Assembly: GCA_025201805.1 (NCBI GenBank)
Contig: MU619312.1
Location: 1 to 64,000 of the forward strand
Source: Parasitella parasitica NRRL 2501
Lineage: Eukaryota > Fungi > Mucoromycota
Direction: 5' to 3'
Length of the DNA: 64,000 bases
Below, piece after piece: positions 31,975-44,287 of this stretch. Position 1 is the stretch's first letter. Every line of letters begins with the position of its first letter. The position numbers and the translations under genes were made by a program. The notes beneath the pieces were generated by a model. That model was not told where the DNA came from, did not search any database, and saw only the letters and a list, made by a program, of their open reading frames with translations.

Positions 31975-32640
31975 TCGGACGACAACCCCATCACCGCTAA
32001 TTTATACAACACCGTAGCTATAGAGAAGATCAAAAAACCAATGTACGGTATCAATCAAAGGACTTGGTGTCTTCGACCATCTCATAAAATTACTTGACAG
32101 CGATTACTTACACCGACTTGAATGAACATGGAAAAGTAGTTTTACAAATTACTAATAACACACTTATCACTTTCAACCTTGTATCAAGAGCTCTCACAAT
32201 CAATCCATCAAAGCACGAGCGAACATGCTTTGATGGGAACATTGTCCCTTCTCTCTTGGCACTCGGAAAGTTAACCAAATTCTTAGTGTTTAAGTGGTGT
32301 GAAACTAAGTCCTCATCGTCTAAAATATTTGAATTTGAAAGATCTGCTCAGTGCCATCTACAAAACTAATCGATGCACTTGGCACTCTCACCACCCAAAA
32401 CAATATGGACTTGGTAATTGTTGAAATTTCCAGCGGGGGTTTCCAAAGAAAAAACCATCCATTCTATCAAAATTCTTCAATGTGCCGTAGCTTCCCTCCT
32501 CGAAACCTTTAAACAGTGATAAAAACACAGATCACGCTAACAGAAATAATACTTTATGATAAAACCCACTGGAAATGTGTTGAATTGAGAACAGCTTGGC
32601 TACCCACGTTATAGAATGACAGGTTCTTCCTTGTCTAGTA
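31975..32640 (+). mobile_element. Possible decayed non-LTR retrotransposon fragment
   Basis: KGLGVFDH at about 32058 resembles the GGLGxxD motif after LINE RT domains; A/C-rich strand bias; no intact ORF. Confidence 0.25.
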
Positions 32641-33452
32641 TCTTGAATTATTAGCCACTTTATATGTATGTCCATATTGATAGCAATATTTTCTATAATA
32701 CTAATAAAAAAAAACCCAGTTTAACTTGCTTAAAGTGGGGGTAAGGCTAGTTTTTTTCAAGAGACATTCCTTTCTCCAGCCTTTGTTATGTGCTGTCTTC
32801 CGGTTTCGAGCAGTTTCATAATGAACATTAGCTGTTTTGACTGCTCCAGAGGGAGTCATCAGTTTCTCTTGAATGATAAAAGAAGTATCATTTTTGTAAA
32901 CCAATGTTTGTTCTTTATTTGGAGGTGCTTCTTTCATATCAGCATCTTTGAGCTTTATAGTTTCAGTCATTAATTATTTTTTTGTTCGTCATACGGTATA
33001 TTTGTGAAGATTTGTCAAGTTTGCTAACCAAAATGAGGGATCGCTACAAAAGCATTAGCTTCCTTGTCAAACATTTGATAAAGTGAGAGTGGAAGCACTG
33101 TATCATTCTTGATAATATTGTTATATGATCATTTTTACCACGGGTGTCTCGAGCGATATACACATTTTTAAAAAGAAACGTTAGATATTTATGTACGATT
33201 TATTTTGACAGTTTTGACTTGTCCACCTTATACTACAAACTATGGTTATATTTTTTAGCGCGACATGGATCTCTCTGCAGCCAAGGCATAACAACAAGAT
33301 TAGGAAATCAGGTATTTGAAGCCCGGCTCACTTGGTCTTCGTAGTACATTTCAGCCTCACAGCAAAACGCATTTATTTATAAACTCTTGCTGCCTTGTTG
33401 TTTTCCTTTTCTTTCTTGTTCCCCTGATAAACCCCACCAACCAAGAAGAAAT

Positions 33453-35124
33453 ATGTCGAAACCTAAAATTATTGGCAAACTAGTCATCGTTGCATATAAA
33501 GCTGTAGGTTGATTATGAAAATCAGGAACATTATTATGCAAAACCAGACAGCTAATACGATTTTTTTTAGAGAGACTTGCCTAATCGTGAGGTATGACGA
33601 TGGATGTGCGAACGAGTCTCAAAAAAAGCACAAATCTAACCTTTGAAAACAGATTGTTGGTAAGCAAGATCCTTTTGTAGTCTTTCGCATCGGTGACACT
33701 ATCGAGAAAACAATAACTGATATCGGAGGTGGGCAACATCCGACATGGGATGATCAGGTACGGAAGTAGCCCGTTTCAAAAGCAACCGTCCCTAACCCAA
33801 GTCTGAAAAAAAAAATCGCAGGTTACTTTGCCTATTCCTGAAAACAAGACAAAAGTATTGGTTCAAGTATACGACGAAGATAAAAAACGACAGGAATTGA
33901 TTTCAGATTTTGAGCTTGACATCAGCCAAGTTATAAAAGATGGAGAGAAAGATGGCAAGTGATTATGTATAAGCACATCTCGGGGCGTTCGCTAAACTCT
34001 TGTCTTCTAAACTTAGAATGGTTTCCTTTGAGCTATAAAAACCGCCCTGCCGGCGAGATTTACTTGGAGCTAACATTCTACTCTGCAGTAAGTATACCAA
34101 GCAAAGCGAAATGAAATCATCGTTTTGTTAATCCCACCCCCTGCTTGGTGTAACATTAGGTTATTCCTCCAAAACGGCAACCTACAAGATACGGTATGGG
34201 CAAGAAGCTTAAGCCAGTAGGCGGTTACGTCCCAACTGTGCCTGTTCCTCCTTCATCAAATGTCCCTTATCCAGCGTCGCCTCTATACCCTCCTCAGCCT
34301 AGTAGTGTTATCAGACCCGCTGCCCCGCCTGTACCAGTCAAATCTCAATCGACTTCTACCTACCATGGCAACAGTCCATACCATCCACCACAGCAACAAC
34401 AGCAAGAGCAACGTCCACCTTTCGCTTACGGTGCAAATCTAAATACGCCTCGTCCTTACCCACCTCCCAACCCTATTCCCTCCATGTCCACAGGATCGCA
34501 TCATACTTATTACCCCCCTCAACAGCAGCAGCCACACGTGTATCCTCCCAACAACGGCAGTCGTCCTGTCTCATTCGGCGGACAGCCTTCCTCGTCATTC
34601 AATGCCCATAGACCCTCTTCGCCACCTGGACCTGGGCCTGCCAATTTCAGCGGCACGCCTTTGCATGCACCTCTTTTATCATCGTCCTACAACCCACCAT
34701 CAAATACAGCTCGACCCAATTATGGTAACAATGGAATTCGTATTGATATAAATGTAGTGTATTAATCTGGCTATTAGGCTATCCTCCTGCTTCTGGCAAT
34801 GGTGGGCAAGGCCATGGTGGTGGTTATCCTCCACAGAGCAATAACAGCAGTAATAGAAACAGCTATCCTGGCCCTTATCATCCTCCTCCTCCTCCTTCGC
34901 AGCCGCAGCAGCAGCAATTGGGATTCCCTGAGCCACAGCAGTTTCCTGGCGGATATATGTCTCATTCAGATAGCTTCGGCACTCCATTTGCAGCTCATCA
35001 AGGCGCTTTTCCTCCAACTCCCAGTAACAATGGCTATCCTCCTCAACAACAGCACCAAGGTGGTGGCGGGAGCGGCTATCCTCCGAGCGGGTACCCTGCT
35101 TATCAAAGCAACTTACGGGGTTGA
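33453..35124 (+). CDS. Inn1/Fic1-like C2-domain protein with Pro/Gly/Tyr-rich tail, 7 exons
   Basis: Spliced GKLVIVAYKA/RDLPNRE/IVGKQDPFVVFRIG..GGGQHPTWDDQ/..VQVYDED..D/EWFPL..AGEIYLELTFY matches the fungal Inn1-like C2 pattern; PxxP and GYPP repeats. Confidence 0.88.
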
Positions 35125-35208
35125 TACATCCACATCTTAAATTTTAGAAATTAAGCATACATATAGTATATATTTATTGTACCACTTATTATTAAAAACA
35201 ACCACGAG

Positions 35209-37331
35209 TTAAAAGTAATCGCTCGCCTTTGCTTTTGTTGGCGTTTGCGGCAGATAATCAAACGTGTGGTCATGTATCGAGGGGTCAAAATTAAGATCGT
35301 CGTAATGGCTGATGGCAGTGTTACTCATTGTCTGCATGGGATAGTTTTGGTAATTTATTCTGGGCGAGGTGGATCGATAAGACGAGGCTTCGTACGATCC
35401 GCGCCCTACCGATGATTGCTCATGGATAGTGTGGAATTTCTTGCTGTTGCCTGTAGGATCTATCATGGTGAAATTTATGGAATGGTGGCTGTGTGGGTCA
35501 TCGATAGAGATGTTACGATTGGCAGTGTTTGTGGCAGCAAGGTAATTTGTGGCAGGCGTAAATGTGCGCTGATCACCGGTAAAAGATGAGTAGTCTACTT
35601 CAACAGGAGACATTGACCTCAGAAAACTGCCGTTATTGCTGTTCATGAGATCCTTTGCCGTAGGCTCGTAGAGTGTCGAGGCATCGTTCAGCACAGTCGA
35701 GTTGTTGCTATTGCCAAAACGAAGCGTGCCAGCGTTCTTGTTTTCTATGAAATTTGCGATACGTTGACTTAGTCGATGGCTATTTCTGTTAATTCCTTCA
35801 GTGAATGACGAACCATTATATCCATTGCTGCTTTGATGATTAGTCTCGACATCAGCATCATCATTAGCAGCTGTTTGATGGAACCGACTCTGTGTGGTCA
35901 TGCTTCTGGAGCTTACACTGGCTTCAATCTCTGCATTAGAACGACGAGGATGGAAAATAGAAATCTAGGTGTAAAAATTGTCCAATTAGAAAAAAAAGTG
36001 TATTCACATACCAACTGTAAGTTACTCACACCTATAATCCACATAAGCACAGATGCTGTATTGCAGTTTGCAATCAGTAAATCAGACGCAAATTTGTTTG
36101 AATTGATGGTTTTCGCTGCTGTGAGCCCGTCAACGCACAGAAGACCGAGGCTGACAGCGTAAAAGAAGAGAACAATTGTGAGATAGATGTTCATATCCTT
36201 GAAATACGCAAGCTTTTCCGCAATGGCTGTTCCGCCGTGCTTCAAGTTGCGAGATATGTTGAGAATGCGTCTAAATCTACGGTTAGAGCGAATGCCGAGC
36301 AACGAAGTGATGAGTACTTTTGGACCATGAGTTAGTAAAAAAAAAACTGCTTTTTTGAATACATTGGAGGTGTATTTGTCATACCTTCGATTGAGTAAGC
36401 CAGTTGAGGTGCTGTTTCCCTTAAATGTTCATCATTTCTATAGAACCATTGCAAAACTGGAAACACGGCGACACTGCCCAGAGCCCTGTGTATTTACGTC
36501 TTGTTAATTCCATTGTGTGTTTAGCTAGAATTCAACAATAATATATAGTTTTATACCAAAAGATGTAGAACTTGAATTCCCAAGATCCCATAAAAGACTT
36601 CTTGGCTACAGTGTTTGAAAGATAATTCCAAAAGCATTGAAGCAGGAAGAAAACGCCCGTTTGCATCGATAAATTCACACATTCTACATAATCCATGGCC
36701 TAGTGCAATACATGCAGTGAACGTTTGAGATTTATTGCCAATTAAATTCGCAGATATGACAATGCACATACCTGAGCAACAGTTTGATGCTCCGGGGACC
36801 AGTAGGTAAATGGTTTAGATATGATTTGTCCTGTACTTGGGATAGCCATGAACTTTTCAGTGTATTTGATCCATGTAGATACAGCATCTATATATGTCAT
36901 TGTTAGGCTGATTGAATCGTATGGACGTCACTGTCTGTGCATTTTACCCCACGACGTCTGCATCACAAGCATCAATATGTATAGAACTGTAATAATGCTT
37001 CTTAATTCGCCAGCAAAGATTTTTTTCGGATGAAGGCATCTCATTTTGTCATTTGACCATACTCGATAGAATAGAAATACGCCCATGTAGACTTCCAAGG
37101 CACATCTTTCTACATACAGTTGACATGTTAAAAAAAAACTCTATTTTCAGCATGAAATGTAAGCATAGACATACGCAGATATGAAAAATCACTAGTACAA
37201 TAGTTTATACACATGTCGGTATTGGCTGCTGATGCAAAACTTACCTTAAATGTGTCATTTGAAGTATTAGAATTCAACAGGGAAAACAAAGAAAGAAGAG
37301 AGTAGACGAGAAAGCTTAATTTCAACATCAT
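35209..37331 (-). CDS. Uncharacterised multi-pass (about 7 TM) membrane protein with long Ser/Asn-rich C-tail, multi-exon
   Basis: Exons encode successive hydrophobic helices (IITVLYILMLVM, TGVFFLLQCFWNYL, FYIFW/ALGSVAVFPVLQW, IYLTIVLFFYAVSLGLLCV, SVLMWIIG/ISIFHP) then ORF 35209-35901. Confidence 0.75.
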
Positions 37332-37597
37332 AATATTACAGTGAACAATGCTTTAAAAGATATCATTCGAGCTCATCAATGTGTGTTACGTTTTTCTTTT
37401 CCGTACAACAGCACCTTACTGCAAAAGTCAAAAAGGCGCTGCATGGCACTTCATAATGTGCGACACTCCAAGAATATTTGTGTATTCTGAGTCGAGAATC
37501 TCAAATTAGGTGCATCGTATTAACAACTCAGAGTTTAGACTTCTTCCCACTAAAAAGTAAACGCTCCATAATAGCTTTTTTTTTTTTTTTTTTTTTT

Positions 37598-37622
37598 NNN
37601 NNNNNNNNNNNNNNNNNNNNNN
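37598..37622. other. Assembly gap
   Basis: Run of n. Confidence 0.99.
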
Positions 37623-40122
37623 ACACAGAAACTACAAGCGGTTGAACATTGGACACCTTAAAGCTTGAGAAGAAGTATGGTCTTTTGGATTTCTATATTT
37701 TCAACGCTGTATATATAGTATATGCCATTTGCATTCAAGAGAATAAAGAGGACGAGTAAACAGCCTGTATGCTATGATATTATAATTATCGCATACAGCG
37801 GCCACCATCTTTTGAGCAACTTGGTAATCTTGAGGGTGTACAAGATAACCGTTCATTTTCTCAAAGATTTTTATTAAATCAACTGTCAATAGAATGTAAA
37901 TGGAACTAATGCAATAACACACATATGAGGGCTAAAATTATGCTAGCCACATGTTAATTTTCTTTAGCTTTTAAAATATAGTATACAAAGGCCCTGATCT
38001 AAAAACAAAATATTCCATATAGACATGAATCTTTCTCAATTCCACTAGTTGCCTATTATATTTTATATCGTTATACAAGAAAATCGGCGTGTAGTACTGA
38101 CGATAATAATAGTGCCTTAAATGCGAGGGTATCCGTTGCTATAGTTATTATATAAACAAACTCGTTATTCCGCCATGTAACACACAAATAGTTGCGAAAA
38201 ATAAGGGTATATCTTATTAATTAAAATGTGGAGAATTTGATAGCCACCTTATATCAACTTGTTTATTGAGATTGGTGCCAACAGAATTAATCACAGGAAG
38301 ATGAAAATACAGGTGATTATCACAAAAAAAAAATCCATCTTTATCATTTATTGACTATCGCCAATTCTTCATTGAGAACATTGTATAAATAAAATATATG
38401 CTGTGAAAACGATAAAGAAGCATGCACCTATCAAATAGTTTTTTATACTTGACATATAGGACTCAAGATGTGATTATTTGTAGCAGCAAACAATTAATTA
38501 CAATGGAAAATGGTCAAGTCTTCGTCTATCTAGGATAATTCAAATGTTACCCTACAGAATAAGTTACTGTCTGTTACATTAGCATGTGTTACAGATGTAC
38601 CTGATTTGAACTGATCGCTGTTTAATCCCAATATATCCTTAAGATACTGCTATTTCCGCTAAAAAGATCATCTAAATCACTTTCAAAAATAGTTGTGGAC
38701 GTAAACTATGCAGTGCTGTGTTCTTGTAGCACAGAAATTGAGGTTGAAAGAAACTAGTCAAATCGCGCATATCCTGTTGTCAACGCTTCCCCCAATGCTC
38801 CAAATAGCACCAAACAGTTTCTCTTGTCCAAGACATGCTTTTGATACCATTTTTTCAACTTTTACAAATCCTCAGAATTTTGGCGATTTTGCACGAGGGA
38901 CCCCTCCTAAAAATCTGTGGTTTGTACAAGATCCGGTTTTTGGTCCCCAAAACGGAACATTCTATTATGATGAATATTGATCCAAATTAACCCTAGACAT
39001 GACATCTTTCAACCCAAGCAGCTTATTTGAACATTCAGTAGTTGCGATTTTCACTTTTCGCAGAAAAACGTGTTTTAATACTTTTCTATTTTTCTCAAAA
39101 TTTTGAGAGACAAAATTATTTGATGTTGGTACTGCTAGATGCGCAATAAAATGCGCTTTGAAGTTTGTTTATCAAGCTTCTCTTGTTGTCTTATTAAATT
39201 TTCGCGATAACTACGAAAAGACCCATATTTGATTTCTCAGGTTGGCAAAACAATCGAAAAATGAAAACCAATTCGGTCGGAATTTGAATGTGTTTTCGCT
39301 CAGAAACTAAGCGTAATGCATATCCTCCAAACCATTCTCATGTTGACAAGAGGAGCAGAGAAGTTCATCTCATAGCTTGCTACAGAATAGCTGTTTTAGC
39401 CTTCATTGAAAGACAAGCGAATAGAAATTCAGGTTTGTTGTATCTGAAAAAAAAAAAAAGGTGGTTAAAATTGCAGGTCAAATATGTGAATCATGGTAGC
39501 AACAAAAGCAAACCATTTAAGCGTATCTTTCATATGACGTGGCTTACTGCTTCTCATAAAAGGCATAATGGATGTAAGAAGTTTAAAGAGAGAACGAACG
39601 AGAAAAAAAAATGTTTGAAAATTTGATATTATTAGAGATATGAGTACATGATATATGTGAGATGTAGACATCGCCATATCGACATTAGACAAAAAAATGC
39701 TATAGTATCCTCGTAACAGAATTGAAATCAACAACTCTTAAAGCACTTGATTTAAGCAATTTTTTTTGTGTATAATGACAAATTATGTACAGATTCGCCC
39801 CCAAGGCCTCTAATAAAATCGAAAACAAAGACAATATTGTTTGTCTAACAATAATAATAAAAAAGAGCAATACCAGTGTATCTAAGTTTCTTTTCATAGC
39901 GTCTAAAAGCCAAAATCTTGTTCATGCCAACTTCAAGCAGTAGTGAACTGACAAAAAGTAAGCCACAGTGGCAAGGTGTGAAACTTTAACACCAGAATTC
40001 ACGATTCGAGTAAAGCGAAATGTCCGCGATTGAATTTAAGAAAGTATTTTGCTTTCTTTCTGAATAGATTTGCAGACTTACATGCTGCGTTATATTTCAT
40101 TTTTAACTAGTATCGTCTTTAT

Positions 40123-43100
40123 ATGAATACGCAACCCATTTCAAACAGCCCAACTGTTATGAATAGTGTTACAAATCAAGATACAAGTAAGAATCGTTTT
40201 TCAATACGACATAATTTTGCTTGGGTTTATTTATACACAAAGATAGCTCATACCGCTTTTGGCCTTCCTACCGAGCCAACACAAGATCCGGTCAACAACA
40301 ATGACAGCAGCCCAAGAGGCCCTCCTAGTTCTGATTGGGATTTTTTTGGCGATGATGAAGAGTTTTTGCAGGCTTTAGAAACAAGCGATGCAGCATGGCC
40401 TGCAGTTCCAGGAACACAACAGACTCAGGATGACAGTCAACATGCAGATTCCATTGTCCAGCCATCGCTTAACGACAGCAACGACGTCGTTACCGAGGCT
40501 ATAGTAATGAATCAAAGTCAAGTTTCAAATATAGTAGATGTGGACGATCCCAGGAGCGATTTCTCGACCGCTGCAGATGCCATGTTAATCTCAGACCATT
40601 ACGCTGACTTGCCCAACTCGCCTGAATTTTCGTTGGATGATCTACCCATATTCTCAAAACAAAATACGGTAGAAGATAGAGAGGTAAATACAGCCAGTCA
40701 ACTAGCAATTAGTGGAAACTCGATGAATGCTATGCAGGGCGAAAATGAGCATCCTCAAACCCAGCATAGCGAGCTTGACATGCTTGTTCTTGATCTTGAC
40801 TCAAAATTGGGTGAGCCTGCAGTTAATGACAGCAGTAATGAAGTGGTGGATTTTCAATTTACTCAGAAAATGGATATGCTGGATATAATAAGCGAACCTC
40901 CGTCTACAACGGATGCAGATAGCAGGAAAAAGTCGAATGGTTGCTCGGGGCAACCAGCGTCGCCCACCGCCATTACTGAGAACGAGCCTGGATCTCGCCT
41001 CAAGTTATCGCTGAGACAGAGAAATGCTATCCAGCTACATCCGTTTACGATAGAGCATGCTAGATTCCAACATCTTCTTGGTAGGTCCAGTATGAAAGGT
41101 AAGATAAAGGCTATCTCCACGCAAGTTACCGATTCCCAAGATACCGAGTTTACGCCCTCCAATACCCAGTTGGTGGATGCAGCGACAGACGAAATACAGA
41201 CATCGCAGCCTTATGCTACGAGCTCACGGAGAAGGACAACGTCATCCAAGAAAATGAACAACAAAAAGACATCTCTTCCGTCCAAAGTCAGAGGTCGTAC
41301 GCAAAATCGACTCACCACCACCACCACCACCAACAGCAGTAGCAGTAGCAGCAGCAGCAGCAGCAGAACCACTTCAAGGGCTGACACAGTCGTGATTGAC
41401 GATACTCCGTCGCCTGTATTCGACAAGTACGGTTTAGATATTCTTCAAGATACCACAAGGACAACTGATGCTGGGAAATCCAAGATCATCACGTTTCAAA
41501 AGAAAAAGAGATCCAGAAGGGAGAAATCCGCAGTGCGAAGGTTTCCTCCATCGTCGTCTGCTTCTGCACTGAAAAAGGACATATTTGATTTTGATGCGCT
41601 ACCACGTTCGACATTCAATTTTGCAACGAGTCAAGCAGATAATTTGAATGCATCCAGTATCGCTGTCTCTGATCAGGACCGTCGTGTACAACAGCAGCTG
41701 CGAGAAATGAATGATGAGGCTGATTTCAACGATTTTGATTATAGCATGGAGGATGATGAGGACGAAGAGACAGATGACATGGATATTGATAATGAAGACA
41801 TGGTCAAGAGAAGGTTTAGAATTAAAAAGCATTCCATTCTGGATAGCAGTGATGAAGATAGTGATGAGGGTCAAGGTATTGATGCGTCCAGTGATGAAGA
41901 AGGGGGACCAGCTGTCGAACAGGAACTTACAGAGTCTGAACTGGACGCCATCTTTGATTTCCCTGGTGCTGGACCAAGCTCAACAATCAAGACAACTAAC
42001 AAACGACTAATCAAGCCTTCGAGAGATGATGATATTGTGCCAATCGTGCAGGATGAGCTGGAATATAGAGAGCACAAACGACAAAGAGTTGGCCTTCAGG
42101 ATGTCTTGAAAAAGAAAAAGACGCTTAAAAGCATTTTGCCTGCTTCGTTTCTCAAAGTGTACCATAAAGAGCTTTTGGAAGAAGACAGGTTTCGAAAAAC
42201 GCCCAAGAAACGCACGACCCATGCCGCCAAGTCCACTCCTACTACTACTGCCACTGCTGCCCCTGCTTCTGCCACTGCTTCTGCCACAGCCAAGCAAAAC
42301 AAGAGGTCTACCAACAAACCTCACGCTGATGTATTTGCTGCCTTTTTAGGCTCTCAAAGTGATGATGACTCTGACGACGACTCTGACAATATGCAGGATG
42401 CGTATCCTACTCTGGATGATTATGTTACTCGACTAGATTATCCAACTCAGATTCCAGCAATAGGCAATGCAAGGTTCGAAGGACCCTCTACAACTACTAG
42501 TGATTTACTGGGCTTTTTTGGGAAATCAACATTCAAGCAAGCTCATCTAAACCCAGAGGCCAACTCAAACTCTGGATCAGCAAGACAACAGCCACATTCT
42601 GAACATGGAATAGTATACCCTGTCGAGGAATCCATTGAGGATAACAGAGTCCAAAGACAATACCAGGGTTCTCCCAGTCCAAAGAAAGCAAGAAAATCTA
42701 CAACAAGGGCGCCCAGGTCGTCCATTGCCATCAAACAATCCGCCAAAAGCGTCAAGAAATCTTCTAGTATCCCTATTCGAGACAACCCGGCGCCCAAGAA
42801 GCGCAGAAAAAAGGTCAGAAGAACAAGAGACGATATCTATGTCCACACTCCCTACTCTTACCGCGCATGGAGCGATCGGTCTGGTCAAGCGCCCGACAAC
42901 AACGGTCGCAGATACTTTCAAGAGCGAGCTGATATGCCTCGGATGGCATTTGATGACATCTACGTGGGCACTAGACAATACGTTCGGTACGCTAATGAAT
43001 CCCTGGACGGCGAGCGCTTCAACGATATATTCAGCAACCAGCAAATTGAGCATATCAAAGAGAAATTGAATGTACATGTGGTTCATACACTTCCCAACGT

Positions 43101-43953
43101 CATCAGCAGAGTGCGACATCTGCACGATTATGATTTGCGACGCATTCTAGGCCTGAAAGACACTGTATATCTGCACCATCGCCTGCTAGCGCCACTGCTA
43201 TCACCTATACCCAATCTTAAATCTGCTTACAAGCATCTTGCTAGCAATTATACCGACCTGAAGCTGTTTGAGAAGCATTTGCTGTGGAGAAGCATCGTGC
43301 CTAAAAACAAGAGCTTAATCGGGCATTTGTTCTACAGGATTTCTGGTGACATTTATAAGGTTTGTAAGCAAGATATCCTAGATGGATGCATGGACCTACC
43401 TGGCCATGACCACGTTTACACGTTTGTCTCGATTTGCTTGACGCAATGGATTCCTCTGCACCAGTACGACGACCGTCTTCAGCTGACTGAGATGTTTATG
43501 CGATACATTCGATATTTAGGCCGATTTGTGCCTCAACTAGTTGAAGATCACAAAACGGCAGATTTAGCCTGGCGTCCCATTGTAAAGCTGATGGTTTTTA
43601 TACTGGATTGGACATGTCGCCTGCATCATTTAGGCGTTCATCAGATTGACTGGTCTGTCACGCTGTGCACTAAAGCACTGATTGACATTCTGGTATTTAT
43701 CGGCTTTGACGACATCAAGGCTTGCTCAAAAGACTACTTGTCAGAAGCGTGGATATGCCTGCTGCAAATAATGTCTGTTTCCTCCAAAACAAGCGGGTTT
43801 TACTTTCATGAACAGGTATTCTTGGATCAAATTACTGACAGTATAAAGACAAAATCAAGAAGCTCTGATGTCTATGAATTTGAAAAGAGAAGAACAACAC
43901 GATTATGGGCTGAATCATTGAACTTTATCATTGAGAAATACATGATGCCATAA
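40123..43953 (+). CDS. Mms22/Mus7-like protein (N-terminal motifs), about 1250-1276 aa; probable small intron near 40187-40245
   Basis: Long ORF; motifs LRQRNAIQLHPFTIE and KSILPASFLK resemble the RxRxxxQLHPY and GVLPASW motifs of fungal Mus7/Mms22; disordered N-half, helical C-third. Confidence 0.65.
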   Translation: MNTQPISNSPTVMNSVTNQDTSKNRFSIRHNFAWVYLYTKIAHTAFGLPTEPTQDPVNNNDSSPRGPPSSDWDFFGDDEEFLQALETSDAAWPAVPGTQQTQDDSQHADSIVQPSLNDSNDVVTEAIVMNQSQVSNIVDVDDPRSDFSTAADAMLISDHYADLPNSPEFSLDDLPIFSKQNTVEDREVNTASQLAISGNSMNAMQGENEHPQTQHSELDMLVLDLDSKLGEPAVNDSSNEVVDFQFTQKMDMLDIISEPPSTTDADSRKKSNGCSGQPASPTAITENEPGSRLKLSLRQRNAIQLHPFTIEHARFQHLLGRSSMKGKIKAISTQVTDSQDTEFTPSNTQLVDAATDEIQTSQPYATSSRRRTTSSKKMNNKKTSLPSKVRGRTQNRLTTTTTTNSSSSSSSSSSRTTSRADTVVIDDTPSPVFDKYGLDILQDTTRTTDAGKSKIITFQKKKRSRREKSAVRRFPPSSSASALKKDIFDFDALPRSTFNFATSQADNLNASSIAVSDQDRRVQQQLREMNDEADFNDFDYSMEDDEDEETDDMDIDNEDMVKRRFRIKKHSILDSSDEDSDEGQGIDASSDEEGGPAVEQELTESELDAIFDFPGAGPSSTIKTTNKRLIKPSRDDDIVPIVQDELEYREHKRQRVGLQDVLKKKKTLKSILPASFLKVYHKELLEEDRFRKTPKKRTTHAAKSTPTTTATAAPASATASATAKQNKRSTNKPHADVFAAFLGSQSDDDSDDDSDNMQDAYPTLDDYVTRLDYPTQIPAIGNARFEGPSTTTSDLLGFFGKSTFKQAHLNPEANSNSGSARQQPHSEHGIVYPVEESIEDNRVQRQYQGSPSPKKARKSTTRAPRSSIAIKQSAKSVKKSSSIPIRDNPAPKKRRKKVRRTRDDIYVHTPYSYRAWSDRSGQAPDNNGRRYFQERADMPRMAFDDIYVGTRQYVRYANESLDGERFNDIFSNQQIEHIKEKLNVHVVHTLPNVISRVRHLHDYDLRRILGLKDTVYLHHRLLAPLLSPIPNLKSAYKHLASNYTDLKLFEKHLLWRSIVPKNKSLIGHLFYRISGDIYKVCKQDILDGCMDLPGHDHVYTFVSICLTQWIPLHQYDDRLQLTEMFMRYIRYLGRFVPQLVEDHKTADLAWRPIVKLMVFILDWTCRLHHLGVHQIDWSVTLCTKALIDILVFIGFDDIKACSKDYLSEAWICLLQIMSVSSKTSGFYFHEQVFLDQITDSIKTKSRSSDVYEFEKRRTTRLWAESLNFIIEKYMMP

Positions 43954-44205
43954 TCAACCACCTGCTGTCGGTGGAGCATTCAGAAGCGAGGAGGCACAAC
44001 AAGAGGCGGAGGATGTCGTTGTTTAATCTACATGGTTTATAGAATGGTATCTGTATTGCAAACAGCACTAATAAAAAGCAGAGCCACTACTTGGCATTGA
44101 CTAGTTGTGATAATGAATGTTCTATTTAGACGACATTGATTAGCATATCGCTAATGTATGAATCGGTGTTTATACAAATGAAAAAATTTGCTAGTTCTTT
44201 TTTTT

Positions 44206-44255
44206 NNNNNNNNNNNNNNNNNNNNNNNNNNNNNNNNNNNNNNNNNNNNNNNNNN
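44206..44255. other. Assembly gap
   Basis: Run of n. Confidence 0.99.
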
Positions 44256-44287
44256 TTGTATATATATCAACAAAAACAAAGAGAAAA

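Noticed and set aside
32701-32970. Stand-alone 89-aa gene
   Set aside because: No recognisable motif and it sits in TE debris; cannot be supported
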